The notes beneath the pieces are model-generated. The model saw only the letters and a list, made by a program, of their open reading frames with translations, was not told where the DNA came from and ran no database searches. From Camelus dromedarius (taxonomy: Eukaryota), in NCBI RefSeq assembly GCF_036321535.1, contig NC_087436.1, forward strand, positions 9,734,001 to 9,798,000: a stretch of DNA of 64,000 nucleotides, read 5' to 3'. Position numbers and translations under genes: made by a program. Below, one piece after another: positions 44,871-62,280 of this stretch; position 1 is the first letter of the stretch, and every line of letters begins with the position of its first letter.

Positions 44871-45559
44871 AAGAACAGTTGGGTTCAGTTTCCACCATGT
44901 CATTTAAATAAATTATTGTTTTCTGCAATTAAAAGTAAAACAATATTTTAAAGGCATACAATAGTGTTTTGGATTCACATGATACAGAAGCTTCACTGTA
45001 CAAAATGCTGAATAAACATCAGAATTGTTTTTTGTTTGATCTCTCTTCTTAACATTTGTACAAGCGCAGTTAAACAAAGGCAGCCACTCAACAAGCACTA
45101 AATTAACAATATTAATTAAGCATACAGTCTGTATAATTGTATAATAAAATCATATAATAAAAGGTGACTTTTGGTAATGTCTTCCAATCACTATAATCAG
45201 AGGATACTTCAGCACTTTTTTACCTGAACTTGTGTTGTTTGATACTGCTCATCACACCTTCCTTGAAGTACCACCATCCCTTTTGTTTAAATTGCATCAC
45301 CTTCTCTTGGTTCTTTGTCTTATGCTTCTGACTATTCACTCTCATTCTCCACTGTAGATCTTCCTGACTCGCACCTTAATTGCTGCTGCTCTTAGGACTA
45401 TTCCCATCCTTGGATTTCTCTTCCACAGTTTGCTGGGGCGACCTCAGCCATCTTAATGACTTTGGCCACCATGACTCCAAAGACTGTATCATCTCCAGGT
45501 CATGCTTTTTGACTCTGTACTACAGCTGTCCCCTCCAAACAGGTCCACCTCTTTGAGAT

Positions 45560-45930
45560 AACGCTGCATAATTCATGTGGCTTGCAAGTACAGACACTTG
45601 TTTCTTGCTTGGGGCTCCGTGGTCAACAGGAGTGGCTCCGTTCCAGATTGTGTTGAGATATGAACCTTTATGGGGTGGATGAATAAGTAAATCCAAGTTT
45701 ATGATGTCCTCCTGGTGGAGAGCAGGAGAATAGGAGCAATCATGGGAAATAAAAACACATCTCTTAAGGGTCTGCTTGGAATGGGCAGACTAAAGTTCCT
45801 ACTTTCATTAATCCAAGAAAATCACATGGCCAAGCCCAAAATTAATGAGGCTGGGAAGTATACTCTACCCACATTAAAGCATAGCAAAGGATAGAAAAGA
45901 AAAAAATTGTGAACAAATTAGATAATCTTT
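45560..45930 (-). mobile_element. Old MaLR LTR (MLT1J/K/L-like)
   Basis: 'aatcacatggccaagcccaaaattaatgaggctgggaagtatactctaccc'. Confidence 0.65.
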
Positions 45931-46167
45931 CAATTATATCTGAAAGCAGTGGGTTCAAATTGATAATAACTGTCATTTCAAAATAGCTATTAATCTTCCT
46001 ATGAATCCTATATTAGCATTGTCATTTTTACTGTTATCATCTTTCCAGTTGCCCAAACTGAAAAGCTAAAACTAATTCTCCATCCTTCAATTTACTTCAC
46101 AGTAAATCAGTAAGTACCCCTTGCTGTTTCTGTCTCCTACACATCTGTTGTAAAAGTCAATTTGTTT

Positions 46168-46730
46168 TACATGCACCACAATGTTCACAGCAGCACTATT
46201 TACAATAGCCAGACATGGAAGCAACCTAAATGCCCACCAACAGATGAAGGGATGAAGAAATCATGATATATATACAATGGAATACTACTCAGCCATTAAA
46301 AAGAATGAAATAATGCCATTTGCAGCAACAAGGATGGACCTAGAGATTATCAAACTAAGTGAAGTAAGTCAGACAGAGAAGGACAAGTATCACATGATAT
46401 CACTTATATATGGAATCTTTTAAAAATGATACAAGTGAACTTTTATAAAACAGCAGAAACAGACTCACAGACATAGAAAACAAACTTGGTTACCAAAGGG
46501 GAAAGTGGAGGAAGGGATAAATTAGGAGTTTGGGATTAACCGATACAAACTACTATATATAAGAAAGATAAACAAGAACCTACTGTATGGCAGAGGGAAC
46601 TATATTCAATATCTTATAATAACCTCTAATGGAAAAGAACATGAAAAAATACATATATATGTATAATTGAATCACTATGCTATACACCAGAAACTAACAT
46701 TGTAAATCAACTACACTTTGATTAAAAAAA
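46168..46730 (+). mobile_element. 5'-truncated L1 3' end (cetartiodactyl-type)
   Basis: 'aatgttcacagcagcactatttacaatagcc...gggataaattaggagtttgggattaac...taaatcaactacactt'; degenerate TSD aagtcaattt / aagtccattt. Confidence 0.93.
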
Positions 46731-46814
46731 TTTTAAGTCCATTTCTTCTTGTCCCCATAACCACTGCACTAGCTCAGGGTTTTGTCATCCCTCACCAAAC
46801 CAGAATAACAATGT

Positions 46815-47218
46815 TCATTTCATTTGAAAGGATCTGCTGTAAGAGATTAACTGCAAAACCTCATAGCCTAACACAACAGAAATTTATTTTTCATGCACAA
46901 GATAACCAAAATAGGCATTCTAATTTCATCGGTGGTACTTCTCCAACTAATGACCCAGAGACACAGAAAGCATCCATGGACAGACTCTGTGGTCTCCATG
47001 GATCACTTCCTAAGGGTAACGTATGCAGCACTGCATGTCGATGGGTCTTGGATGCCAGACTAGAAGTGACCCACATCACTTCCATCCACTTCCCTTTGGG
47101 CTAGAAGCCATCATGCAATTTTCCCCACCTTTAAGAGCGACTCAAATATGCAATCTAGTTGTGTGCTCAGGAGGAAGAGATAATGGGTTTGGTGAACAGA
47201 TCACTAGTCTCTGCTCCA
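46815..47218 (-). mobile_element. Old MaLR LTR (MLT1J-like)
   Basis: 'ctagaagtgacccacatcacttcc', 'gtgtgctcaggaggaagagataatgggtttggtgaaca'. Confidence 0.7.
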
Positions 47219-48607
47219 ATCTTCTCGCTGATCTCTTTGCCAGCAGGCATGGCCACTGTTACCAGAGGAATCTTTCTAAAGCATTCATTTCATTGTTAGT
47301 CTTCTGTCAAAAGCTTGTCATAACCTTACAATAATTGAAAATAAAGGTCAAACTTCTCAGCGAGAACTTCAGGGTATTGGTTTGAAGATAACACACTCTT
47401 CAGTCACTGTGTTACTTCCAGGTCTATGAAAATGACATGCTGAGCCCTCACTCTGCTGTGCTTTGGCCATAGCCAGCCCATGCCCTGCTGTCCACTCAGT
47501 GAACATTTAACCATCTCCAAAGCTTAATTCAAGCCACAGCTTCTGGAAGCCTTCATTACTGCCTAGTGGTCATTTAGAGATGCCCACTCTTCCTTCCATT
47601 CCGTTTATCCTCCACAGTCTTTTGCCACATCGGCTACCACTCTTTACACATGTATTACCTCTTCCCTATCACTGCCCCATCACTAGGGAAAAACGTTAGG
47701 TGCCACTATTCCTTGGTATCAACACTTAAGATTATTATTTACCAACAGAGAACAGAACAAAGTAGATGCAATAATATTCTAGTGACAAAGTTCAGCTAAG
47801 CTTCTAGATGGAACCACTTGACAGAAACGTCCATAAGGCCACATGCAATCTACAGGTTTCCCAGGCTCTTCAAAAAAGTGTAGGGGCCTTGACTCTCCAG
47901 ATCCTTATTCTCTGGTCATGGAAGGATGGCAGTGGCTCTACGATAATTCTAGCCATTCCACATACACTTTTAATTTCAACAGCAAAAATTATTTTAAACA
48001 GTTACTGTGTTAATTAACAAACTTGGCATCAATTACAGATAGTTTAAGTCTTGAGAGGGAGGGCTTCTGATTTGAGTGTCTCAAAGGCTAGAGTGTCCAC
48101 CTGTAGACTGTTTCTGATTAGAGTACCTTAGGTAGTTCAAATGTTAATTCACTTCCCCTAAAGTCAGGACCAATATACCTGAGAATTTTCTCCCAGAATA
48201 TGAACTGAAAGTTTGGCTAGAAGATGACATCTCAGCAAAATTTGCACTGCTAAGTAACCAAATGGTAATGAGAGTTACTATAAAAGATTCAAAGAGGAAT
48301 TGCAGGTTTTGCCTTGCTAAATCATGATGTGAACACATCCCCTAACTGCCATCTTATTACAGGCATCAGTGAAGCCACACATGTCTATCTCAAAAGATAC
48401 GCGCTCCTAATGATTCCTTTCATGTTTTAAAAAATAGCAGTGGATTTTCAAGTTACTTTTGCAACTTGGTTTTCATGAGAAAATGCAAGAATGAGCCTTA
48501 ATATTCTTCCATAAGGTTTCAATTCTGATTTACAATTTCTCCCCCATCAACATAAAGTGGACTAAAAGTAAAGACAGTAAACTACTTCTTTGATAAAGCT
48601 TCTTTCC

Positions 48608-48808
48608 CTCCATGAAAAAAATAAAAATAGAACCCCTATATGATCTAGCAATCCCACTTCTGAGTATATATCCAAAGGAAATGGAATTACTATCTCAAAG
48701 AGATATCTGCACTTCCATGAAAACTGAAGCATTATTCAGAATAGCCAAGGTATGTAAATACCTAAGTGTCTGTCAATGGATGAACGGACCAAAAATTGTG
48801 GTATATTT
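48608..48808 (+). mobile_element. Old L1 ORF2 C-terminal fragment
   Basis: KIEPLYDLAIPLLSIYPKE..DICTSM peptide. Confidence 0.8.
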
Positions 48809-48809
48809 A

Positions 48810-48947
48810 AAGGCATATTTTGGAGATATTTCAGGTTCAGTTCTAGATCACAGCAATAAAGTCAATGTCACAATAAAGTGAGTCACATGAATTTTTTTGG
48901 TTTCCCAGTGCATGTTAAAGTTATGTTTACACTACAATATAGTCTAT
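48810..48947. mobile_element. Tigger1 terminal fragment
   Basis: 'aggcatattttggagatatttcaggttcagttctagatcacagcaataaag...tttttggtttcccagtgcat...aagttatgtttacact'. Confidence 0.85.
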
Positions 48948-48986
48948 ATATGTAATATTACTTCAGCCTTTAAAAAAAAAAAGGCT

Positions 48987-49425
48987 TGCACCAGTCAGAA
49001 TAGCTATTAGCAAAAAAGTCTACAAATGATAAGTGCTGGAGTGAATGCGGAGAAATGGGAACCCTCCCATACTGTTGGTGGGAATGTAACTTGGTGTAGA
49101 CTATGGAAAACTGTATGGAGGTTACTTAAAAAACATAAAAACAGAGCTACCATATGATCCAGCAATTCCACTACATATAATATATATATGTATCATATAA
49201 TATCACTTATATGCGGAATCTAAAAAGTAATACAAGTGAGTCTATTTACAAAACTGAAACAGACTCAGATATAAAAAACAAACTTATTGTTACCAAAAGG
49301 GAAAGTGAGGGGAGGGTAGAAATAAATTAGGAGTATAGGATTAACAGATATGCACTTGACTAGATATAAAATAGATAATCAACAGGAATTTACTCCATGC
49401 CACAGAGAACAATATTCCATATCTT
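48987..49425 (+). mobile_element. L1 3' fragment with internal deletion, cut before its tail
   Basis: 'caccagtcagaatagctatt...gaaccctcccatactgttggtgggaatgtaa...aaattaggagtataggattaacaga'. Confidence 0.85.
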
Positions 49426-52980
<3,555 letters not shown>

Positions 52981-54729
52981 GAGAGAGAGAAAGAAAAGAA
53001 AAGCAATCTGAAAGGAAAAAAAAAATCCTTCTGTGGCTGAATACCTCCTGGGTTACCTATACTCAACCTGTAAGTTAAATTCTTATAAAGTTATTCTTTT
53101 CATGGGCAAGAAATTCAGGCCTTTCTGGAGCACACAGAAGATTGAGAAAAATAGAATTTTATCACCAATGGGGCACACATATTTATTTTCCTTACCCATT
53201 CATTTATTAAGTCATTCATTTACAATTTTTTTAGAACTTATTAAATGCCAAGCATAAAGAATAAATGTGAAGCAGAGGCAGAAAGGCAGATAAATAATAA
53301 TTATGCAACATGTCATAAACTATATTAGAGAAATAAGCAAACTGACAGGAAGCGCTCTTTTTCTTGAGTTGTAGATGTGTCTCTCTCTGAGGCATCATTA
53401 AAAGAAGATGCAGAAAAGCTGACGATGGTGAGTCATATTGCTTGCCCCTGTTTCTGAAGGATTCTGTGGTTGCATCCTTTACTATTCAACAACTCTATTT
53501 CCCTTCTATTCTTTTGGTACTACACTCATATACTTAATGGATAATTAATTCCTGTACTTGATTCAAAGTAACATGCAGTTCCTTCGTTTTTACCCTCAGA
53601 GCTGTTTGAGGAGATTTTTAGATCACTAAATAAATCAGTGCATAATTCCTCTCTTTGGTTTTGCTCTTAGAACTGACAAACATAGTGATCTATGTGTTTC
53701 TTCTTTCCTCCCCTCCTAAGAAAAGACATTTTATTTGGAGTAAAGTCCCATGTCCATTTAATTGACCCTTTAAACCATACATAGTAGCATACTAGTGACT
53801 TTCTGGAGCTGAGATTTGGCACATATAGTTTGCATTTTTCTTTAAATTATAAAAAAAAAAAAAAGATACAGGACAAATTGCTTTCCTCATTTTACTTTTT
53901 TTGCGTGTGCAAATATCCGAGGGTCTTGCACTGAACAGACCTTAAAGGGACATTGATTTCATTTAGCTAAGAGCTTATCAGGAAGTCAGTTCTACAAATC
54001 ACAGGACTAAAGAGATTGATCGGTTGCTAAAAGCATTGCAATTTGCACTAGAAAGTGCCTAAGTTTCTATTTCTGATAGTCTAGATATGCAAATGTGACT
54101 CAGATAGAACTGATACTGAAGAATAAAGCAAAAAGAAAAAGAAAATCTCCAGACAGTTTGATTGATATGTGAGTTTGTACCCAGTGAACTAGGAAAGAGA
54201 GGTAAGTAGCTTGCATTACTTTCCAAAAATCAGTCACTATTGTCCACAAGGAATGGAAACAGTAAACATACCAAGAGGAATTCTGACTTCAATGTAAAGT
54301 CAAGGGTCGAAACAGTTTCTCTTAAGTGTTGGTAGGGAGCATCTGATTATAGGGAGAAAGAATAAAGTTGATTTGGGTGCAAGAGAGGAGTATTGTACTA
54401 CACAGAGCCATGCTGATGCAGTGACGTCCATTATTCCTTCCCACTTCCAGATCGCAATGTCAGTACAAAGAATGGGAGCTGGCTGAAAAATCTATAGAAG
54501 CGTAGAATCAAGGCACAATAATAGCATTACAAATATGGATCTTTGATCCCACAGAATTGTAATATATCACTGAAAACTCTTTTTCAATCAAATCAGACAT
54601 TACAGACCCTTTCGGCCAAACACCTCACTTTACAGGGAAAAAGCAAAACAAGCTAAGCAAGGTGATGTCTTGAATTAGACCCCTAAAAACTACATAGTGG
54701 GAACTGTGGACCTGAACCCCCTAAATTTT

Positions 54730-54942
54730 ACTATAGTATTTTATCATAATTGTTCTATTTTATTATTGGTTATTGTTGTTAATCTCTTACTGTGCCTAAT
54801 TTATAAATTAAACTTTATCACAGGTATAGATGCATAGGAGAAAGAATAGTATATAGAGGGTTCAGACCCACTACCCATGGTTTCAGGTATCCACTGGGGC
54901 CTTGGAATTTATCCCCTGTGGATAAGGGGGCACTTCTTACTG
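54730..54942. mobile_element. MER44/Tigger7-type DNA transposon fragment
   Basis: 'gttaatctcttactgtgcctaatttataaattaaactttatca...ggtttcaggtatccactgggg...atcccctgtggataagggg'. Confidence 0.88.
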
Positions 54943-55221
54943 TCTACCCCTTGGCCACAGCGAGCCCAGCTGAAACTGGCTCAGTGTCATCTTCCCACAT
55001 CCATCTGGTTTTTCAGGGCTAGAAAGGTGAATTAATTGAAGACATGATGGGGCTACCTCCCGTCCATCTTTTGGGTCCTTCAGGAACTAATCTCTGTCAC
55101 TGCCCTCTAAATGTGGCATTGTTCTAGATTTACTAACTTGGCTGTATGAGTGGGAGAGGGAAGGAGGTGGTAATTTTAAAAACGTCACTTTAATATTCTA
55201 GTCCAAAATCCACTGTGTTAC

Positions 55222-55819
55222 TATTAGGCAGTTAGATAGAAATGCGCACTGGGCAGGGGGAGAGGAAGGGGAAAGGAACAACCTAGAAAATAACAGTACA
55301 TCTGCACACAGGATAAGGGGCTCCAGAAACTTTTACTTTCTCTGAATGAGGGCCAGCAAAAGAAGCCAGCTAAAATCAAAACGCTGCAGCTGCTCATAAG
55401 AGAAGGACCCGGTGTAACTTGACCCAATGCTCATTAGAGTGTAATTGACATTACAGTGTGAGCCCCCTCCCATAGGTTTCTCTGGGTGAAGAGCCTGCCC
55501 AAAAGGGGACGGGCGTGCCAGAGCACAAGGAAGCTGAGCTGTCAATCAGCCTGAGCACTCAAAGAACCTGAGCCATTAATCAATCAGTCATGAAAACACC
55601 ACTAAGCTAGGATGTAAGACAGAAAACAAAGGAACGGCACCATTTTTCCTCTCTTGGAGTGGCCCGCTCCCAATTTTTGGGAGTGTACTATCTTTTACTG
55701 CCTTTTTACTTTACTAATAAAAATCGTGCTTATATCATGTTTTCTGTCACTTGTTAAAAATTCTTTTTTTGGCATGACTAAGAGCCGAGGTACTTCTTAT
55801 TTCCCTTTTCCTGGTAACA
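55222..55819 (+). mobile_element. ERV1-class solo LTR (MER41-like sister subfamily)
   Basis: TATTAGG (from TGTTAGG)...GGTAACA, perfect 4-bp TSD TTAC/TTAC, AATAAA 55716-55721; shares 'aatgagggccagcaa', 'gacccaatgctcatt' and 'gagctgtcaatca' blocks with the other copies. Confidence 0.9.
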
Positions 55820-57891
55820 TTACCAACCAGGAAATCAACGGTGAGGATGTTACGTCAACTACAAAAAAAATCCCTGTTCCCATTATACAGTTTGAGACTG
55901 AGGATGTGACCACTGGATGGGTCCACGGACCCAGTGACAGCAGATCCACTGTGAACTAGATGTCATGTGACTCCACTATAAGAAAGAGCCCAAAATGGTA
56001 AGTCACATCTCTGAGTAGCAGTGGTCTTTTAGACACTTAAACCAATATTAAAAGTTGTAAGTCATTTTCTTTTCCCCAGCATATGGCTTCAAGAGTAAAT
56101 GGATGTTATTGCCTTTGGGGAAGATGAGAGCGATCATTACTCTGTAGACCTGCTGTAGCACTCTGGGTTCCCTCCTGGAATCTGGGAGGGAGTTAGCAAG
56201 TTCCTCTTATGAAAATTGTCTATAATTTCTCCACCGCTCTGCTTGCTTTTCTTATGATATCACATGCAACTAAAATTTCACAGCAACGATTTCATTTTCC
56301 TCCCCTTTAAAATGGACCAACTATCAGGTACAAAAATTAAGCAATGAATCATGATTTCTTAATTGGGATGCCTACTCTCAATCTCCTAATCATACATCAT
56401 CGATCTTTTCTGGTTAAATAGATGGAGGAATACCCTTGTTGGCTGACAGGCAATCTATCTGGTCCCTAGAGACACCATATACTATTAATTACCTCCAGAG
56501 GTGTCTGTGGGTCAGGCCTCCCTGGCTACCACTGAGATCTCAGCACTCAGTATGATAATTGTACCTGCCTGGCTTCTCCCTGCCCCTATTATTTCAGAAT
56601 CCTATCCTTGCTTTTGCTATCAGTGAACCAACTTCATTGATAGCATCTCTTACCATCAGCCCTGGCTACATATGATGGCTACAACTGAGTTTCCCAATGA
56701 TTCTGACCTCCTCCCCACCCACATCAGGCTATTCCCTTTGCTGTGAGAAGGAGAACATCCTCAGTTCTTCCCCCAGGAACCCCCAGAGTGTCTCCAGCCT
56801 CACATAATACCCATGTTGGCATGTGCACTTATCTAAGCTTTTTGACCTTTCTTTCTTACTGTCTTGTAGTCATTCTCACATTTTTACTTTATTTGGCTAG
56901 GCTAACACTTTCTCCAGTCTTCTAAGATGCATTCTAAAGACAAGTTAGCATCATTTATTGCCCATTTTGTAAGTCCTGTATCCCAGAAAAAATGTTCCTA
57001 TATTGATACGTTGCTTTATGGCCCACTGACCTTGACCCAAGACGCCAGAGTCCCGTCCAAATACCCTCTCCCCATTCCCGCTAATACTTGCCGAATATCC
57101 TCATATCATTGTTCTGCTTTGTAACTTACCTTTTCACAAAGTTAAGTCATTTCTCCCTGTCTAGAGGATAAGTCATTTTAGGGCAAACAGTACTTGGATG
57201 CTGTGTGTCTAGGATCAACACACTGTAAATGAGTGGACCTACCACTGGCCAGCATTCGTGCACTTGCTGGTTGAGAAAGAAGCCCTCCCAGATTCAGTGT
57301 CTCCCAGGCTTAGGGTTTGTCCTGTTCTCGAAACTGTAGCACTTAACGTGATGCCAAATTACGTTCCATCTCCAACGGGCCTATTTGCACCAACAGAGGG
57401 TGTTGGTACATGTATTGTGTGAAGAGGAAAAACCATTCTTACATCTTAGAACTCACGCAGGTTCTTCTTTGTGTGAACAAGAAAGTAAAAGCTCACCGGG
57501 TGCACATCTTAAAGCTATGAAAGCCGTTTGTAGCGCTTTCCCAGTTAGCAGCCTCAGGTACAACATGCCAGGTGGTAAGTAATGATCCAGTGAACAAAGA
57601 CGACCACCAAGCACTTAAGGCAGCGTGCCAATGGCTGTTACGATCATAGCTGTTTTTCATGTTGAGCTCCACATGGGCCGCAAGATTAAGTAATCCACGT
57701 GGAACTGTTTTTCTTCGTGTTCTTGATTGCTAATAATATTGTGCATTTTAATATATATTTTAAACTATGTTTTCTAAATTTTTCAAGGATTGGAGCAGTT
57801 GGGTTGATTGAAATCCACATTTCACCATTCAGTAGCAGGATTTCTAATCACATGATCCCAGCCAAGGGTGTCAGAGAATCAGAATCTAGAG

Positions 57892-58072
57892 CAGTGGTTC
57901 TCAACTAGAGGAGATTTTTGCCCCTGGAGGACATTTGGCACTGTTTGGTGACAGTTTAGTTGTCACAACTGGGTGGGGAGATGCTACTGATATCTAGCCA
58001 CTGCTAAATACCCTACAGTGCACAGGACAGCCTGCAGCAAAGGCTTATCCAGCCTAAAGATCCTAGTGCTGA
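57892..58072. mobile_element. MER20 hAT-Charlie MITE
   Basis: 'cagtggttctcaact...tttgcccc...ggacatttggca...ttgtcacaactggg...cctacagtgcacaggacagcc'. Confidence 0.9.
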
Positions 58073-60357
58073 CAGCTACAGAAATAATACAAAGATCGTG
58101 GTTTCCAGGGGTTTGGGGAGAGGGAGGGAGGGAGGAACAATAATAAAACTATAGTCAAACTATTAGCATGTTCATTTGTATACAAGTGCCTCATGCACTC
58201 ATTTCATGCTAATTAGGGTGTCATGCTGTAATAGACTGGACTTATTTATGAAGAATCTGTGCCTGGCATGTATCTTGCATGAAAGTGATAAGAAAAATGT
58301 GAGCAGGAAGGAGCTCTGAGGTAGTTTTATTCCAACAAGCCAACGAATACTATAACCAGATAAAGAAGACAGGAGAGAGAACAAATTTTCCCACAAATTA
58401 GCATAATTCCAGCTGCTGGTTGTACAGTTTGATAAATCTCTGGATGTGGATGACAACTATAGTGAAGAATGGGATATCTTGGTAGATATCCTGAACTTGG
58501 TCATAGGCGTGCCCATGAATATTAGTGAGATTGTTTTATTGTCATTGCTTCTGTTATGAGTGTTGAAATTGCCAAAAGAACTTCAGCAGAATCCAAGAGC
58601 TTGAGGTTCCCTACAGAAAGACTTCCTTGGATCCTATTTATACTGTAGGTTTTAGGTGGTCATGCAAAATGCAGCAGAATGTCGCCATTAATGGAAAAGG
58701 ATTATTTTTAACTCAATAGACAAATTTGTAATTTGTATTCCATTATGAAGTAGATGAATTACCTTGACGGACTTCCATAATCTCTCTGATTTTCAGTTTC
58801 TTCAGATGTAGAAGTCCCAATAATTTAACAAACATTTATTTAGGTCTTTCCAAGTAGTGTACATTATCAATATAAGAAGAAAGAGGACACCGTGTCTGTC
58901 TGCTCTCAAATTAGGAGAAAATTTTATATTTGTCATTTGAATATTGCAAAGTGAGGTGATTGATTAGAAAATTATCCTGAAAGTATCAAAAACAAAAATA
59001 CATGAAACAAAGAGAAAGTGCCCTGACATTAGGAGAGGGGGACACTTATGTAATTGATTATCAAATTTATCAAATTAAACACAAGTATTCCTATTGGTTT
59101 ATTGTTGGTCAGGTTCTAAGTATCCTGCCATGAGTGCTATAAAATACCACCTTGAGTGTAAGCCTAATTCCAGTATGTAACAGAGCAACAGTGAAATGAA
59201 ATGAGAATGAATATTGACACTCAGCCTATCATTTGGGCTAATCTTCATGGTTAAAGGGGATGAAGGACAAAGAGGGAAGAACGGAAAGGGGAACAGGAGA
59301 CTGTTGGCTTCTCTCTCCCTCACGTGGGTCCACTGCTCCTTAACCTAAAGCTCACAAGTCATTGAGCTGGATGAGCTGATTGCTGGCCAACACTTGTCCA
59401 AGGCTGGCTTGAGACATTTCATAACACAGAGAACGTCTAAGCAGCCTCTTAATTACACCTTCCAGATTCTATACGTTTATCCAGACAGATCACCAGAAAG
59501 TAAACATTCACTTACATTCTTCTCACACTCTACAAGTGTTCTGTCTATGAGTTAATATATGACATCTCTCAACACACATAGGTAATACATATCGATGTAA
59601 GAAAGGTCATTTAAAGTTTTTACTCTAGAGTATTTGCAGTCATTCATGAACTCATCTTTTCTTGCCAGACTAAATCTTGGATTCTTGTCACTGGGGATAT
59701 TTAACTGTATTTCAGTGAATCCATGAATTCTCCAAAATTAATGCAAAAATGTTTTCTGTTTTTTTTTCTGGGCCAGGTTGGGATGAGTCTAGTGCCTTCA
59801 TCATCTTCCTAAAGGAGTCTTTAATCTTTTAAAAACATTGTGAACCACTCATGCCCTGCTTCTCTTGGAAGTCCTAGATTTAGAATATTATATTGTCTAA
59901 GTGCGGTTTTTCCCTAAATAATCTTCCTTATGGTTCAGAGTCATAAACATCACCACACATGCCTTTCCACAGTGAGAGTAATAGTAGTTTTTACGTCACA
60001 TCTGTATCTCCGTAGTGCATAGGAGTGAGGCAAGGTTGGGATGGGAAAATGTCTTGCCACTGGTGGTCAAGTTACCAAGTAATTACAAGTAGTGAGAGAT
60101 TTCTTGGATCCTTGGCTTGGAGACTTGAGCAAGAGGCTGGGAGAGACACAGTTGGAATTCTGATTTGATCCGCCTTCTTTTGGAGGAAGCAGTACATAAT
60201 TATATCCTAATCGATGATCATGAATCTAGCTTCAGACTCTGCCTGGCAGGCTGCCAAGATTACATCTCCAGATTCCTCTCGTTTCAGGAAGATGAGTCAG
60301 GACTGCAGCTCTTCTCTTTTAGATTTGCATGACCTCTCACCAGACATCTCCTCAATG

Positions 60358-60421
60358 TCTTTGTTTTTAATTGAACTATAGTTGATTTACAATGTTGTGT
60401 TAGTTTCTGGTGTACAGCATA
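60358..60421 (-). mobile_element. Very short L1 3' end
   Basis: 'tttttaattgaactatagttgatttacaatgttgtgttagtttctggtgtacagca'; ctcaat on both flanks. Confidence 0.8.
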
Positions 60422-60647
60422 CTCAATTTGTTGGCTCAATATTCCAACTAACTCCCAGAATCTTAAGCTAGGAAGATACTTCCTAACTCCACTGAGTGAC
60501 CCTCATGGTTAATAAATAAGTTAACAGCCCAGTAGGCTCTCCAGAGAAGCCTGGAACTTGCTAAGGTCAGGAGTGGCTTCCAGAGGAGTGAAGTAGGGTG
60601 AGGTTTGTACTTCCTTCTTTTTCAACTTTATAATTTGATATCATTTT

Positions 60648-60746
60648 CAAAAAGAATATGAAAAAGAATATATATATGACTGAAATTAACACATTGTGAA
60701 CTGGTTATGCTTCAATTTAAAAATTATAAAATAAAAAATAATAATC
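60648..60746 (+). mobile_element. Very short L1 3' end with internal deletion
   Basis: Matches 37414-37515 with a gap; 15-bp TSD atttgatatcatttt (60633-60647) / atttgatatcctttt (60747-60761). Confidence 0.85.
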
Positions 60747-61129
60747 ATTTGATATCCTTTTGGTTATGAGATGGATTAATGTCCTATTTCCACTTTCTGT
60801 AGTGAGCAGAAAGGTAAACATGATTTTATCATTATAAAATAAGATTGTAATTTGCCTTGCCCTGATATAAAATTAATTACCACCCCAAGGAATGACTTGC
60901 TCCAAATCTCAAATCATTATTTTTAGTAGCAAACTTCTAACATGTTATTAGCTTAAAGCTCATAAAACAGAGTATTTCATGCTCTAGGAATTCCAAATAA
61001 TCTTGGTGTGTGCCGTAACTGTAATGAAACATACTGGCACTCATGGGAAATATCACTAATAGATCATGGCACTAGCATAAACCTACAAGGTTAGGTCTTA
61101 TTTATGTTTATACCCAGTTTATAATAACT

Positions 61130-61640
61130 TTGAAAATTCTCCTCAAATCACTGGCATCATTTTCAATTTTCCAGGTTTCCCTCCAGATACTAGGATTTAC
61201 CAGGGAACTTACACATGCTCAAGAATTCTTCACCGATATTTACCATAATGGAGGAACAAAGTTCTCTCACCTTGAAGCCAGACCCCAAATGGATAGCACT
61301 TCTGCTAGACTTGATTGCTTTTACCATCACCCTGGGTTTGGTGGTCAGGCACCACGGTCACTGCACTGGTGTTGCAATTCTGTGGAAGACAAGTGAGACA
61401 ATTTCACGTAATACTCTGTCAGGGATCCCATAGCAAAATTCTCTAACCTAAGCTCTCATGGCTGTTTGATTTCAAGCACACGCTGCTACAATCATTATAC
61501 ACCTTAGATCCACACATTTTTGTCTGGAGGTTGTGCTGCATTCAGTAAACTCAAGTGAATGATAAAATGTAGTTTAAAACAAAAGAATATTAAGGGCATC
61601 CAAAGAAAGGGTTCATGTTGTCATTTACAAAAATACCCTT
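61130..61640 (+). mobile_element. CR1/L3 LINE ORF2 remnant (endonuclease C-terminus and linker)
   Basis: Ordered degenerate CR1 motifs across frames: FNFP (GDFNxP), LLLDLI, LSGIP* (LGRIPW), FKHTLLQ (FKDHLLQ), KNIKG..RKG (DVKGNKKGF). Confidence 0.6.
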
Positions 61641-62280
61641 TCAACTTCTACACATTTTCTTCACTCTCTACAGCTATTCCAACATCCTTCTTCAAACTTT
61701 CTTCAAAATCTTTATCCAACTACTTAATTTGCAGTTTGCTTTCCTTCTTTCCACCCAACTTGGTCTTTCTGTATTTTCTTATATTGACTCAGGCCCTTTA
61801 TCAGCAAGAAGGGCTCCTTTCTTTATTAGAGGAACAAAGAGAGGTGACTACCAGTGGGCAATGTTCAGATTCTCCTTGGTGGCTGCAGAAGACGAAAATT
61901 TTCATTTTTGTACCATAATCACAGAGATTGTTCTCAACATGAACCTCCACATTAGTATGAAAGCTATAAAGATGGGAAGTAGCTTCAGAATAAGTGTACA
62001 CAAGACATATACGTCCCACCAATACCTCCAATTCCACCTTCCTTATTGGTTAGTACCAGTCAGACGTCAAGACGCAACACCTTAATTAAGTCGGTTCCCC
62101 TTTGGAGCTATCTCAGTTTAAAAGATACACTATTAAGTCTTTTAATTATATGGAAGAGGGGAATTCAGGGTCCAAACTCGTTTCTTGCTCTTAAATAAAA
62201 TTGTATGTTCAAATTAATACATGTGGAGGATCTAAAAGATTTATCTCATGCACAGCAAAGACTAAAATGAAAAATGGATG

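Noticed and set aside
57121..57135. Consensus minus-strand donor AAG/GTAAGT
   Set aside because: No matching acceptor or open exon could be supported.
61559..62085. 119-156-aa ORFs as a gene or retrocopy
   Set aside because: No recognisable protein; the 5' part overlaps the CR1-like remnant.
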